Origin: Alphaproteobacteria bacterium
GTDB taxonomy: Bacteria; Pseudomonadota; Alphaproteobacteria; Bin95
Assembly (NCBI GenBank): GCA_965205265.1
Contig: CBDBGH010000003.1
Location: 4,896,001-4,960,000, forward strand
Direction of reading: 5' to 3'
Length of the DNA: 64,000 nucleotides
A program made the translations under genes and the position numbers. Below the pieces are notes generated by a model. The model saw only the letters and a program-made list of their open reading frames with translations, was not told the DNA's origin and searched no databases. Positions within the stretch are counted from its first letter, which is position 1. Every line of letters starts with the position of its first letter. Shown in pieces: positions 20,597-28,914 of the stretch.

Positions 20597-20770
20597 TCAT
20601 CCGCCATGTGCGACACCGACCTCCTGGACACAAACGCGACAGACCGTCTTTCCATCGACGGAAACAGCTTCGCGCATCTCCACCCGAACAGCGCAAAACC
20701 GGCAGGTGACAAACCTGTGGCTTTTCATGGCACGCAACAGCCTGAGCAGTCGCTCATTCCATGCGGTCAT
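20597..20770 (-). CDS. 57-aa zinc-finger-like protein (below ORF-track cutoff)
   Basis: Hand translation MTAWNE...CRFC...CRVC...HGG. Confidence 0.45.
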   Translation of the reverse strand: MTAWNERLLRLLRAMKSHRFVTCRFCAVRVEMREAVSVDGKTVCRVCVQEVGVAHGG

Positions 20771-20773
20771 CGC

Positions 20774-21001
20774 TCAGATCCCCGGAAACCGGCGGTCGAT
20801 CCAGGCCTCGACCGCTGTGGCCCGGGTCCGGAACTTCCGGTGAAGCACCCATGCCAGCCCCAGCAGCGCGGCCCCGAAGACCGCGGACGCGCCAACGGAC
20901 CCGATCCCCAGAAACAGGCCGGCCAGGTGGAAGACCGGCCACAGGAACGAGGCAAAGAGGATGCCCAGCACAAAGCCGACCGCGATCAGGATCATCTTCA
21001 T
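20774..21001 (-). CDS. Small membrane protein
   Basis: MKMILIAVGFVLG, two TM segments; ATGA overlap with upstream gene. Confidence 0.55.
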   Translation of the reverse strand: MKMILIAVGFVLGILFASFLWPVFHLAGLFLGIGSVGASAVFGAALLGLAWVLHRKFRTRATAVEAWIDRRFPGI

Positions 21002-21255
21002 GTCCGGCGCTCCTGTCCTGGCGTTCCCTGCGTCCCGGACGACCTGCCGCCCGGAGCGTGGCGCCAAGAATAATCGAGATCCCTGAAAAACGCGCTCCCG
21101 CATGCCACCCTCGAAAGGATGGCCGCCAGGGCCATTGCCGCCATCGCCGCCATCGCGACCCGGGATCCGGCCATGAATGGCAGCGCCCAGCCGATCTGCA
21201 CCGCCACAACTGCAGTGCAGGTTACGGACAGGAATCGGAGATGTTTCTCGAGCAC
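20998..21255 (-). CDS. Small membrane protein
   Basis: Two hydrophobic segments; first gene after promoter P2. Confidence 0.5.
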   Translation of the reverse strand: MLEKHLRFLSVTCTAVVAVQIGWALPFMAGSRVAMAAMAAMALAAILSRVACGSAFFRDLDYSWRHAPGGRSSGTQGTPGQERRT

Positions 21256-23564
21256 GGCAATTCCTGCGGTTCGGGACGATCCCCATTATATGCTGATTCG
21301 ATTGCACCGACAATCGGATTATTGTTCCACTCGTCAGCCGACACCGGCTCTGCATGTTCCGGCAGGACCATCCGGGCCTCGCGGTCGATCGCGGCCAGCA
21401 CGCCTGCCTCTGCAAGACCCCGCCGGATCCGCGCAGACACGGCCGCCTGACTGGCCGGGCCATCGTCCCGCACCAGGGCGGCCGCCCGCGCCTCGGCTTC
21501 CCGGCAGAGGCCGGCCAACCGCCGGTGAATCGGGTCGGCTGGGTCATATCTCGGCACCGGCACGGTTTTCCAGAGCGTCCGGCTGAAATGCCTTCCGGTA
21601 CTCTTTGCCTCCGCGAAGGCCTCCCTCAGACAGGGCGCGTTGAGGAGGGCGACCAGGAACGCCGCCTCCGCCGACGACGAAACCTGCATCAGGTTCAGTG
21701 TGTGGTCCATGATTGCGCGGCCCGGATCGATCCGGGCCGCGCGCATGATGTCTCCGGATACCGGATGAAGGACAAGGAACCTTTCCGTGCGACAGTTCCG
21801 GGCAAGTTGGAATGACAGCCGCCCGTTGTAGTCCAGACGGTCGAGCAGGCATCCCGGCGTATGGCGGCCCGAGCCGCGATGGTCGCGATAGATGGCGTCG
21901 AGCCGTCCCCAGAACGGACACAGCGGTCCCGGATCGGCCTCGAGACCGCCTTCACGGTCAACGGGAACGATGGCCTGGGACTCCGCCGCCCTGACGACGA
22001 AGGGCAGCATCTCGGCCGACGTCACCGTATCGCGCAGCCAGCGTTCCGGGACATGGCCGGTCTGCCGCGGGATGCTCTTCCAGGGATCCTTCATCGAAGG
22101 CAGGGTCTCGACCGGGACGCCGGCCGCCTCTTCCGGTCCCGTGCGCCGGACCAGGCTCAGGACGCGCGGATAGAAGGTCACGCCATTGGCCGGCGCGTCC
22201 TTGCCGCACCATGCGGACGGCCGCGCCGGCCTGGGACGGGCTGCCGGAACGATCTCCATCCACTTTGCGGCTTCCGCCGTCCCCATCCAGGATCGCGGCG
22301 GTCCGTGACCGGCCCTCCGCCGGGCCACCAGGTTCCCTGTCGGCCCGGCGCAGTTCTCGAACAGGACACAGCAACGCCGGGCCTCGCCCGATCCGAAGGG
22401 CCGGACCGCCTCCAGGTCGAGCACGCTCATACTTTCCGGGGCGTGCCGCTCCCGGTAGCGCGCCCAGGAGCCCGCGGTCCGCGCCGCGCTCTTCACGACC
22501 CAGGCCGCCGCATCATTCTGCGGATTCCCCAACCAGAGCCCCCGCATCCGGACCGCGCAGATCTGCGCCACATCCAGATGCGGGGCATGGGCGCCGCCCG
22601 GAAGGATCCCGAGCTTGCCCGCCAGCTCCTCGAGGACCTGCCGGTACCCCGCCTCTCCCAGGGAAGCCGTCGAGTACCATGGCGGGTTGGCGACAATGCG
22701 GTCCACCTTCCGGGCGGCCAGCATTTTCAGCCCCGGGCCGGGCTCCCCGGCGCCTGCCAGGAGCCCGTCGCCCCAATGGATATGCAGGGCGTCCGCCCCG
22801 CCCGCAGGCGAGACTCCCAGGGCGCGCAGGACTGTCGCCCGGGCCAGAAGGGCTGCAACGGGATGAATATCCACCCCGTGGACCAGTCTGGCCACCACGG
22901 TGCTGCGCTCGGCATCCGGCGGGCCGGCTGCCGCCTCCGTCCGCATGAGCTTCCTCACGGCGTGCCACAGCAATGTTCCGGACCCGCAGGCCGGGTCGAT
23001 CACGCCAATGCCGGGGACCTGCCCGGTGCGGCTCGCCCGGGCCGCCTCGACCGCCCGTTCGCACCAGTCGTCATCGAGAACGCGCTCGACGATCAGGCCG
23101 GCGAGCCAGTCCGGCGTATAGAACGCCCCGCCGAGCCGACGCTCCCGCTCTGCGGTCATGCGCTCGTAGAGAATCCTGAGCATGTCGCCGTCCCGGCTCC
23201 AGTCCGTCCGGCGCACGGCGTCCCCGAGCGCCTGCGTCCATTTCAGGCCCGCATTCCCGGCACCGGCGATCCAGCCCGCGAAAGCCGACTCCGGCGTGGC
23301 TGTCGGCCCGGACATCCGTTCCAGAAGGGCACGGGCGAGCATGGCGAGACAGGAATGCGCGATGAAAAGCCGACGGGCGATATCTCCGTCCGTCGGTTCC
23401 ATGCCGCCCGCCCGGAGCATTCGCGTCCAACCCGCAAGGGACCGTCTGAATCCTTCCAGAGCCGGGCCGGCCAGACCGGCCGCGAGCAGACCGAGCCGGT
23501 CCGACAGGTCCTCGAATGCGGCAAGCGGGTCGCCCACGCCCGGCAATTCCGGGTTACGGCCCAT
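21222..23564 (-). CDS. Large N6-adenine DNA methyltransferase (type IIG-like, no evident nuclease domain)
   Basis: GAFYTPDWLA, IDPACGSGT, GVDIHP, VANPPW. Confidence 0.82.
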   Translation of the reverse strand: MGRNPELPGVGDPLAAFEDLSDRLGLLAAGLAGPALEGFRRSLAGWTRMLRAGGMEPTDGDIARRLFIAHSCLAMLARALLERMSGPTATPESAFAGWIAGAGNAGLKWTQALGDAVRRTDWSRDGDMLRILYERMTAERERRLGGAFYTPDWLAGLIVERVLDDDWCERAVEAARASRTGQVPGIGVIDPACGSGTLLWHAVRKLMRTEAAAGPPDAERSTVVARLVHGVDIHPVAALLARATVLRALGVSPAGGADALHIHWGDGLLAGAGEPGPGLKMLAARKVDRIVANPPWYSTASLGEAGYRQVLEELAGKLGILPGGAHAPHLDVAQICAVRMRGLWLGNPQNDAAAWVVKSAARTAGSWARYRERHAPESMSVLDLEAVRPFGSGEARRCCVLFENCAGPTGNLVARRRAGHGPPRSWMGTAEAAKWMEIVPAARPRPARPSAWCGKDAPANGVTFYPRVLSLVRRTGPEEAAGVPVETLPSMKDPWKSIPRQTGHVPERWLRDTVTSAEMLPFVVRAAESQAIVPVDREGGLEADPGPLCPFWGRLDAIYRDHRGSGRHTPGCLLDRLDYNGRLSFQLARNCRTERFLVLHPVSGDIMRAARIDPGRAIMDHTLNLMQVSSSAEAAFLVALLNAPCLREAFAEAKSTGRHFSRTLWKTVPVPRYDPADPIHRRLAGLCREAEARAAALVRDDGPASQAAVSARIRRGLAEAGVLAAIDREARMVLPEHAEPVSADEWNNNPIVGAIESAYNGDRPEPQELPCSRNISDSCP
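21285..21320 (-). promoter_or_regulatory. Promoter P2 with operator
   Basis: TTGTCG-17-TATAAT; GATTCGATTG-N6-CAATCGGATT. Confidence 0.72.
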
Positions 23565-23568
23565 CCAT

Positions 23569-24072
23569 TCAGAATCCGGGCTCCGGCAGGGCGGACATCG
23601 ATTCATCCTCTTCCCCGTGATCGGGACCGTGACCGTTGTCGTGCTCGAAGAGGATGCGATAGGTATCGTCTTCGATGACATGCGGCTTCAGCCAGTCATG
23701 GAAAGCCCCGAGGTCCCAGTCACCGGCGGCTACCTCGATGACCCGGTCCGCGATGTCATCGTTGGAAAGCCCCGGGTCGAGCCGCAACCCGTTTGCCGCG
23801 AGCATCGTCACCAGCGCGCCATATCCGGCCCGCTTGTTGCCGTCGACGAACGGATGGTTCTTGACGATCGTCCAGCAGAGCATGGCCGCGGCCTCGACCG
23901 TTTCCATGTCATCCGCATAGGCGATCGCATTGCCGACCCGCCCGACAGCGGACTCCAGCAATCCGAGGTCGCGGATTTCCGGCGCCCCTCCGAAACGCCG
24001 GATCATCACGTCATGCTGTTCGATGATGTCGGCGGTGTCCGGCAGGAAGATCGCCCGCCGGTCGCCGGTCAT
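23569..24072 (-). CDS. doc: Doc/Fic-family toxin
   Basis: IRDLGLLESA, NHPFVDGNKR; extra acidic tail ending PEPGF. Confidence 0.9.
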   Translation of the reverse strand: MTGDRRAIFLPDTADIIEQHDVMIRRFGGAPEIRDLGLLESAVGRVGNAIAYADDMETVEAAAMLCWTIVKNHPFVDGNKRAGYGALVTMLAANGLRLDPGLSNDDIADRVIEVAAGDWDLGAFHDWLKPHVIEDDTYRILFEHDNGHGPDHGEEDESMSALPEPGF

Positions 24073-24287
24073 TGCGCGAGCCGCCGGTACAGGTCGGCCC
24101 GCATGTCCATGTCGTCCATCAGGGCCTGGTGCATCGCGCCCGAAACCGAATTCCTCGCCTTGACCAGCACCCCGTCCTGGACCGGCACCGTCACGACCTC
24201 GTCGTTCAATCCCAGATTGGCCTGGGCGAGCACCTCGCGCGGCAGCGTCACCATGTGCGACCCCCCGACTCTCACGATCTTCGGCAT
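24069..24287 (-). CDS. AbrB/MazE-type antitoxin
   Basis: KIVRVGGSHMVTLP, LYRRLA; ATGA overlap with doc. Confidence 0.82.
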   Translation of the reverse strand: MPKIVRVGGSHMVTLPREVLAQANLGLNDEVVTVPVQDGVLVKARNSVSGAMHQALMDDMDMRADLYRRLAQ

Positions 24288-24305
24288 GGAACCTGCTCCC
24301 CGATT

Positions 24306-24343
24306 GTTATACAAATCATATAACTTTTTCGGGGGACTGTCAA
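24306..24343 (-). promoter_or_regulatory. TA operon promoter with palindromic operator
   Basis: TTGACA-17-TATGAT; GTTATA-N7-TATAAC over the -10. Confidence 0.75.
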
Positions 24344-24393
24344 GCCTGCCGCGCCGACCGGCGAGGGAACGGCCTGCGGCGAAAGCAGGTCGC

Positions 24394-26238
24394 CTACCCG
24401 GCCGCCCTTTCCTCCGGGTCGCGGTCATGCTGCCAGAAGCGCGGATCGCCCGGCCTGGGCGGTTCCGTCATCTGCTGTCTCCGGAACTCCTCGATATCCC
24501 GGCGCTGCCGGCGCACCGCATCGCCGTCGTTCGGCTCCCCGTCGTCTCCGGGCGGTTTGCTCAACTCGAACGCCCGTTCCACGAGGGACCTCGCCGTCCC
24601 GTAGTCATCGGCCGCCAGGATGTGCTTCGCGACCGGCCGTTCCCTCAACGAAAGGAACAGGTCCACGGCGGCTTCATAACCGGCTTTCCTGAAACGGTCC
24701 CAGGAGAGATCCGGCGGCCCGGCCTCTTCTCCGGCCTCCTGGGAGGTCAGTTCGCCGATACCGTTCAGCAGCGCCTGCAACGCCTCGTTGTCGCACGAGT
24801 AGCCGCCGATCTGCTCGTCGAACTCATGCGCCAGTTGCGGATGCCTGACGACCGCCAGGATGACCTGCATCGCGCGAATGGTGTCGCCGGAGAGCCCGAT
24901 CCCCGCGTCTCCGCCCGGGCGCGGTCGCGGACGGTTCCGGCGCCCGTCCGGGACCGACGGGACTATGCCGAATTCCTTGTGGCACCGGTCCTGGACCTCC
25001 CGTTCATGAAACGCCCGGAGGTCCCGATCCCCTATCCGTCCGCACAGCGTGAGCAGGGCGCGCAGGCACCCGGCCTTGGCGCTCGCGGACTGCGGGTTCT
25101 CGAACCGCAACTCGCTTGTCCAGAGCGTGCCGACCAGGGTCTCCGCACCGTCCAGCGCCGCCCTCAGCGCCTCCGGCCCGCCGGGGGCCCTCACCAGGTC
25201 ATCCGGGTCCTTCCCCTCCGGCAGCGTCGCAAACCGCAGCGACTTGCCGGGCCGGATGGCTTCCAGGGCCCGCTCCGCGACCCGGCGGGCCGCCCTCTGG
25301 CCCGCCTCATCGCCATCGAAACAGAACACCGGTTCGTCGACGATCTGCCAGAGCGCCTTCAGATGGTCCTCGCCGAACGCCGTTCCGAGAGCGGCAACAG
25401 TCTGCGGGAACCCGGCCTGCGACAGCGCGATGGCATCCATATAGCCCTCGACCACCACAATCTCCCGCTTCCGCCAGGCATCCTCGCGCGCCTGGGCGAG
25501 CCCGTACAGGGTCTCGCGCTTCCTGAAGACGGGACTTTCGGCCGTGTTGAGGTATTTCGGCTGACCGGCGCCGAGCGTGCGCCCGCCGAAGGCGATCACC
25601 CGCCCCCGGCGGTCCGTGACAGGGAACACGACGCGTCTGCGCAGCATCGCGCTCGGGCCCTCATCGTCGTGCCGGGGGGCGTGCACCATCCCGGATGCGA
25701 CGATCATCCTGTCCTCGAACCCGGCTTTCGCCAGCATCTGCGGCAGGGCCTGACCGTTGGCAGGCGCCCAGCCCAGGCGAAACCTGCCGATTGTCTCGTC
25801 ATCCAGGCCGCGGCCATGGAGATAGGCCAGCCCCTCCCGCCCTTCCGGCATGCGGAGCTGCTTCTCGTGGAAAGCGGCCGCAGCCTCCATCGCATCCTGA
25901 ACGGTCTGGCGCTCGCCCGCCCGCCGCGCCGCCTGCGGGTCGCGCGCCGGCATCTCCAGTCCGGCCCGGGCGGCGAGCTTCTCGACGGCTTCGGGGAAGG
26001 AAAGCCCCTCTATCTTCATCACGAAATCGAAGACATCCCCGTGCTCGCCGCTCGAGAAGCAATGGTAGAAGCCTTTCTCCGGGACGACGGTGAATGACGG
26101 CGTCTTTTCCGTCTTGAACGGCGACAGGCCGCTGAATTCCCGTCCGGTCCGTTTCAGATTGACGTGGGGCGAGACGATGTCCGTCAGCGGCACGCGTTCA
26201 CGAATGCTGTCGAGAAATTCCGGCGTGAATTCCACCAT
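24394..26238 (-). CDS. dnaG: DnaG-type DNA primase
   Basis: GLSPFKTEKTPSF, FGGR, KYLN, VEGYMD, FDGDEAG, KDPDD. Confidence 0.93.
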   Translation of the reverse strand: MVEFTPEFLDSIRERVPLTDIVSPHVNLKRTGREFSGLSPFKTEKTPSFTVVPEKGFYHCFSSGEHGDVFDFVMKIEGLSFPEAVEKLAARAGLEMPARDPQAARRAGERQTVQDAMEAAAAFHEKQLRMPEGREGLAYLHGRGLDDETIGRFRLGWAPANGQALPQMLAKAGFEDRMIVASGMVHAPRHDDEGPSAMLRRRVVFPVTDRRGRVIAFGGRTLGAGQPKYLNTAESPVFRKRETLYGLAQAREDAWRKREIVVVEGYMDAIALSQAGFPQTVAALGTAFGEDHLKALWQIVDEPVFCFDGDEAGQRAARRVAERALEAIRPGKSLRFATLPEGKDPDDLVRAPGGPEALRAALDGAETLVGTLWTSELRFENPQSASAKAGCLRALLTLCGRIGDRDLRAFHEREVQDRCHKEFGIVPSVPDGRRNRPRPRPGGDAGIGLSGDTIRAMQVILAVVRHPQLAHEFDEQIGGYSCDNEALQALLNGIGELTSQEAGEEAGPPDLSWDRFRKAGYEAAVDLFLSLRERPVAKHILAADDYGTARSLVERAFELSKPPGDDGEPNDGDAVRRQRRDIEEFRRQQMTEPPRPGDPRFWQHDRDPEERAAG

Positions 26239-26314
26239 GCCCCTGCACCCTGTCGCCCGAGCCGCCCGGGACCGTGCATGCTACACGCTGACGGCTCCCT
26301 CCGATACATCCGAG

Positions 26315-26350
26315 AGCATAGCGTAAGCGGATTGTCGTTGCAATCGGATT
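26315..26350 (-). promoter_or_regulatory. Promoter P3 (dnaG) with operator
   Basis: TTGCAA-17-TATGCT; AAGCGGATTG-N6-CAATCGGATT. Confidence 0.7.
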
Positions 26351-26354
26351 ACTA

Positions 26355-26780
26355 TATCAATCGGTTGGGTGCTTTCGCCGATGGATTGACGGACCGCCAT
26401 ATGTGGCGGTCCCCGGGCGGCGCTGCGACGTCCCTGGCCCGGGGAGGCTCGCAGCTGGAGGCCAGGGCGCCGAAGGAATCCCGGCCCTTCAGGACCGGGA
26501 GGGATATTGCGGTCCGATCCCGACGAAATGTCCCGACCGGCTCTACCGGGCATGCCGGCTACATACCCGGGAGCCGGTCGGGACCTCTACCGACGCAGGG
26601 GGGAGGAAACCCTGAATCGGCAAAGCCCATGCCGCGCCGACGGCAGTGCCCTTCGCGAACTCACACCCGGCCCCGGGCCATCTTCCTGCCCATATCCGAG
26701 GTCGGACCGGGAGACCGGTCGCTTTCATCGTTCCACGGAAGCCGCATGCCCAATCCTCACCCTCCAGGCATGTACGCAGC
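26355..26780 (-). ncRNA. Candidate structured ncRNA or ssDNA origin
   Basis: Several perfect hairpins, no convincing ORF, downstream of P4. Confidence 0.4.
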
Positions 26781-26785
26781 GCATT

Positions 26786-26821
26786 ATTATATGACTCTCC
26801 GATTATCATTGCAATCGGATA
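26786..26821 (-). promoter_or_regulatory. Promoter P4 with operator
   Basis: TTGCAA-17-TATAAT; TCTCCGATTA-N6-CAATCGGATA. Confidence 0.72.
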
Positions 26822-27004
26822 AGGATGGGCGACAGGGTCGCGGCAACGGCCCGGCATGTTCCGGGTTGCCGGCACCCTGGCGGTGAAGGGCTTGGGGCCC
26901 TGCAGGCCAAGCCTGACGACGCGCCTCACGGAGAGGCCGTCATCATCCCCCGGTTCGGGTCGTGACCCCGACGGCGGGCATCGTCCGTCACCGTCCGGGC
27001 GCGG

Positions 27005-28537
27005 CTATTCCCGAATTCCGCCGAAGCCCGCGGAAAGGTCGTCGCGCGTCAGGACGCCGAGCATGGCCTCATGCTCGTTCCCGGCAAAGGCCCCCTCGAC
27101 CTCGCCGTCATCGCCCGATGTGCGGGCGAACGTGTTCGCCGTCACCTGGATCCCGTACTCCAGGTCGCCGTCACCCCACTGCATGCCGGAGCCGACGGCC
27201 CCCGGCGCCGAGCCCGGCGTCCAGAATTCCAGGCCGGTGAAATCCAGGGTCCCGGTGAGATCGGCAAGCTCCACCGTCATCTCGGCCGCACCGGCAACCG
27301 CACTGGACGTCGGCGTCAGGCCGGCCAGCCGTCCTGTCCAGGTTGCGCTTCCTGACAGAAGGGCGTTCGACGCCAGCGGCACATCCGGCAACGGCCCGCC
27401 GAAGGCCCAGGGGCGCACATGCCCGTTGCGCTCGACCGCCCCGAAGCGGAGCAGCCCCGCCCCGCTTGCGAATGAACCCTCCACGGCAAAATGAGCGCTT
27501 TCCGTCTCCCACGGTCCGAGCGCTGTCGCCACCATCGTGTAGTCCTGACCCGCCGTCAGGAATCCGTAGGTGGCAAGCAGGGCCTCGATGTCCATCTGCG
27601 GGAGTATGCCGGGCACCGCAGGCACCGTATTTATCGTTGTGTGCAGCAACGTGTTCGCGAAGGTCGCCGGATCGACATGTTCGCGGCCCAGCACATGCAG
27701 CATTTCATGGCCCAGCACCATCAGCCGCTGGCTTCGTGTCGTGTTCTGAACCGGGTCCACAAAGACCCGCGCGCCGATATAGGTGTGGGGCGTCCCGGCA
27801 TTGTAGATGAACAGCGCCAGCCCGATGGAGCCGTCCCCCGGCATGATCTCCGGCCAGGTGTCGCTCGTCGTGAACTCGACGACGATCCTGCCTTCCTCGG
27901 GATCGGTCATGGTCGTCGTGTCGACCCGGTCGACCGACAGCGTCAATTGCCAGTCCCTCGGCAGGGCGCTGTTGAGCAACCCCACCATGATGCGCACCTC
28001 TTCGAACTGCTCCCCTGTCGTTCCCGCCGCCACATGCACGGTCGGCGGCGTCGCACCCCAGCGGCTGATGGAGATGCGCCCTCCGTGCTCATCCGTCGTC
28101 AGGAGCCGGTTCAACGTCGCCGCATCCGTGCCGTCGTCAAGTTCACCGTAAAAGGAGCCGAAAGCCCCATGCGCCGATCCCGCAGACAGATCGGAGAGGT
28201 TTGCCAGCTGCGTCCCGAACAGGCCGTGGCCGACCAAAACCTGTCCGGCCTCGGGGTTCTGGAGAACCGACGGCCCTCCCGGCACAAAGCTCCATGCCGG
28301 GTCCGGGTGTTCGCCAAAGGTCCCTGTCGGCGAGAAGTCCGCATCCGCGTTCCTGTCCGGCGGATCGGCAAAACCGGTCCCGGGCGGCGGCCGCTGCAAA
28401 TCCCCCGGCTGCGTCCTGTCACCCGGCTCCGGCGGCGCGGCCTCCCCGATCCGGACCGGCGGCGAACTCCCGCCTCCGCCTCCACATGACGCAAGGAAAA
28501 CAGCCGCCATCAGGACGGCAAGTGTCCGCATCTGCAT
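27005..28537 (-). CDS. Surface lipoprotein with metzincin-like protease motif and TbpB-like C-terminal barrel
   Basis: Lipobox FLASC+GGGGG; HEMLHVLGREH; GSATWTG; AGFGG end. Confidence 0.78.
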   Translation of the reverse strand: MQMRTLAVLMAAVFLASCGGGGGSSPPVRIGEAAPPEPGDRTQPGDLQRPPPGTGFADPPDRNADADFSPTGTFGEHPDPAWSFVPGGPSVLQNPEAGQVLVGHGLFGTQLANLSDLSAGSAHGAFGSFYGELDDGTDAATLNRLLTTDEHGGRISISRWGATPPTVHVAAGTTGEQFEEVRIMVGLLNSALPRDWQLTLSVDRVDTTTMTDPEEGRIVVEFTTSDTWPEIMPGDGSIGLALFIYNAGTPHTYIGARVFVDPVQNTTRSQRLMVLGHEMLHVLGREHVDPATFANTLLHTTINTVPAVPGILPQMDIEALLATYGFLTAGQDYTMVATALGPWETESAHFAVEGSFASGAGLLRFGAVERNGHVRPWAFGGPLPDVPLASNALLSGSATWTGRLAGLTPTSSAVAGAAEMTVELADLTGTLDFTGLEFWTPGSAPGAVGSGMQWGDGDLEYGIQVTANTFARTSGDDGEVEGAFAGNEHEAMLGVLTRDDLSAGFGGIRE

Positions 28538-28683
28538 GAAATCGCTCCTGTTCCCGTCCCCAGGCGGCCCAATCTGAAGTGGCCCGGGACCGTTTGCGAG
28601 AGCTGCGCAGACGAAATATGGGGAAACCGGTTTCCCGGTGTCGCGCACGGGAGCCGGCGCCGGGTGACAGGACGCAGCCGGGG
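28403..28683. repeat. 31-bp inverted repeat pair (28403-28433 / 28653-28683)
   Basis: 30/31 identity; encloses the lipoprotein start and the palindrome GGGAAACCGGTTTCCC (28621-28636). Confidence 0.85.
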
Positions 28684-28684
28684 T

Positions 28685-28843
28685 TCAGCCCGCAGGAAGG
28701 AAGAAGCCGGGGACCGCGACGGCGGCCGCGGTCATTCCGGCGACAGCCAGAAGCAGACGGATCTCCCGCTTGACGGTTTCCGCATCGCGCCTCGCCACGT
28801 CTTCGGCCAATCGCGCAATGTCGGTCTTGTAACCGGCTCGCAT
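28685..28843 (-). CDS. Small coiled-coil protein with C-terminal TM
   Basis: KTDIARLAEDVARRD..LLLAVAG. Confidence 0.4.
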   Translation of the reverse strand: MRAGYKTDIARLAEDVARRDAETVKREIRLLLAVAGMTAAAVAVPGFFLPAG

Positions 28844-28914
28844 GGTTCTCGATATCCGATTGCTATCGACGGCCCAACCCCAACCTGCCTGCACTGTCCG
28901 CCCGGCGGCCCCGA

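Noticed and set aside
23182-26097. Long plus-strand ORFs (e.g. 971 aa here, 809 aa at 37186, 713 aa at 13741)
   Set aside because: Antisense or off-frame shadows of real genes in high-GC DNA; Arg/Pro-rich with no motifs
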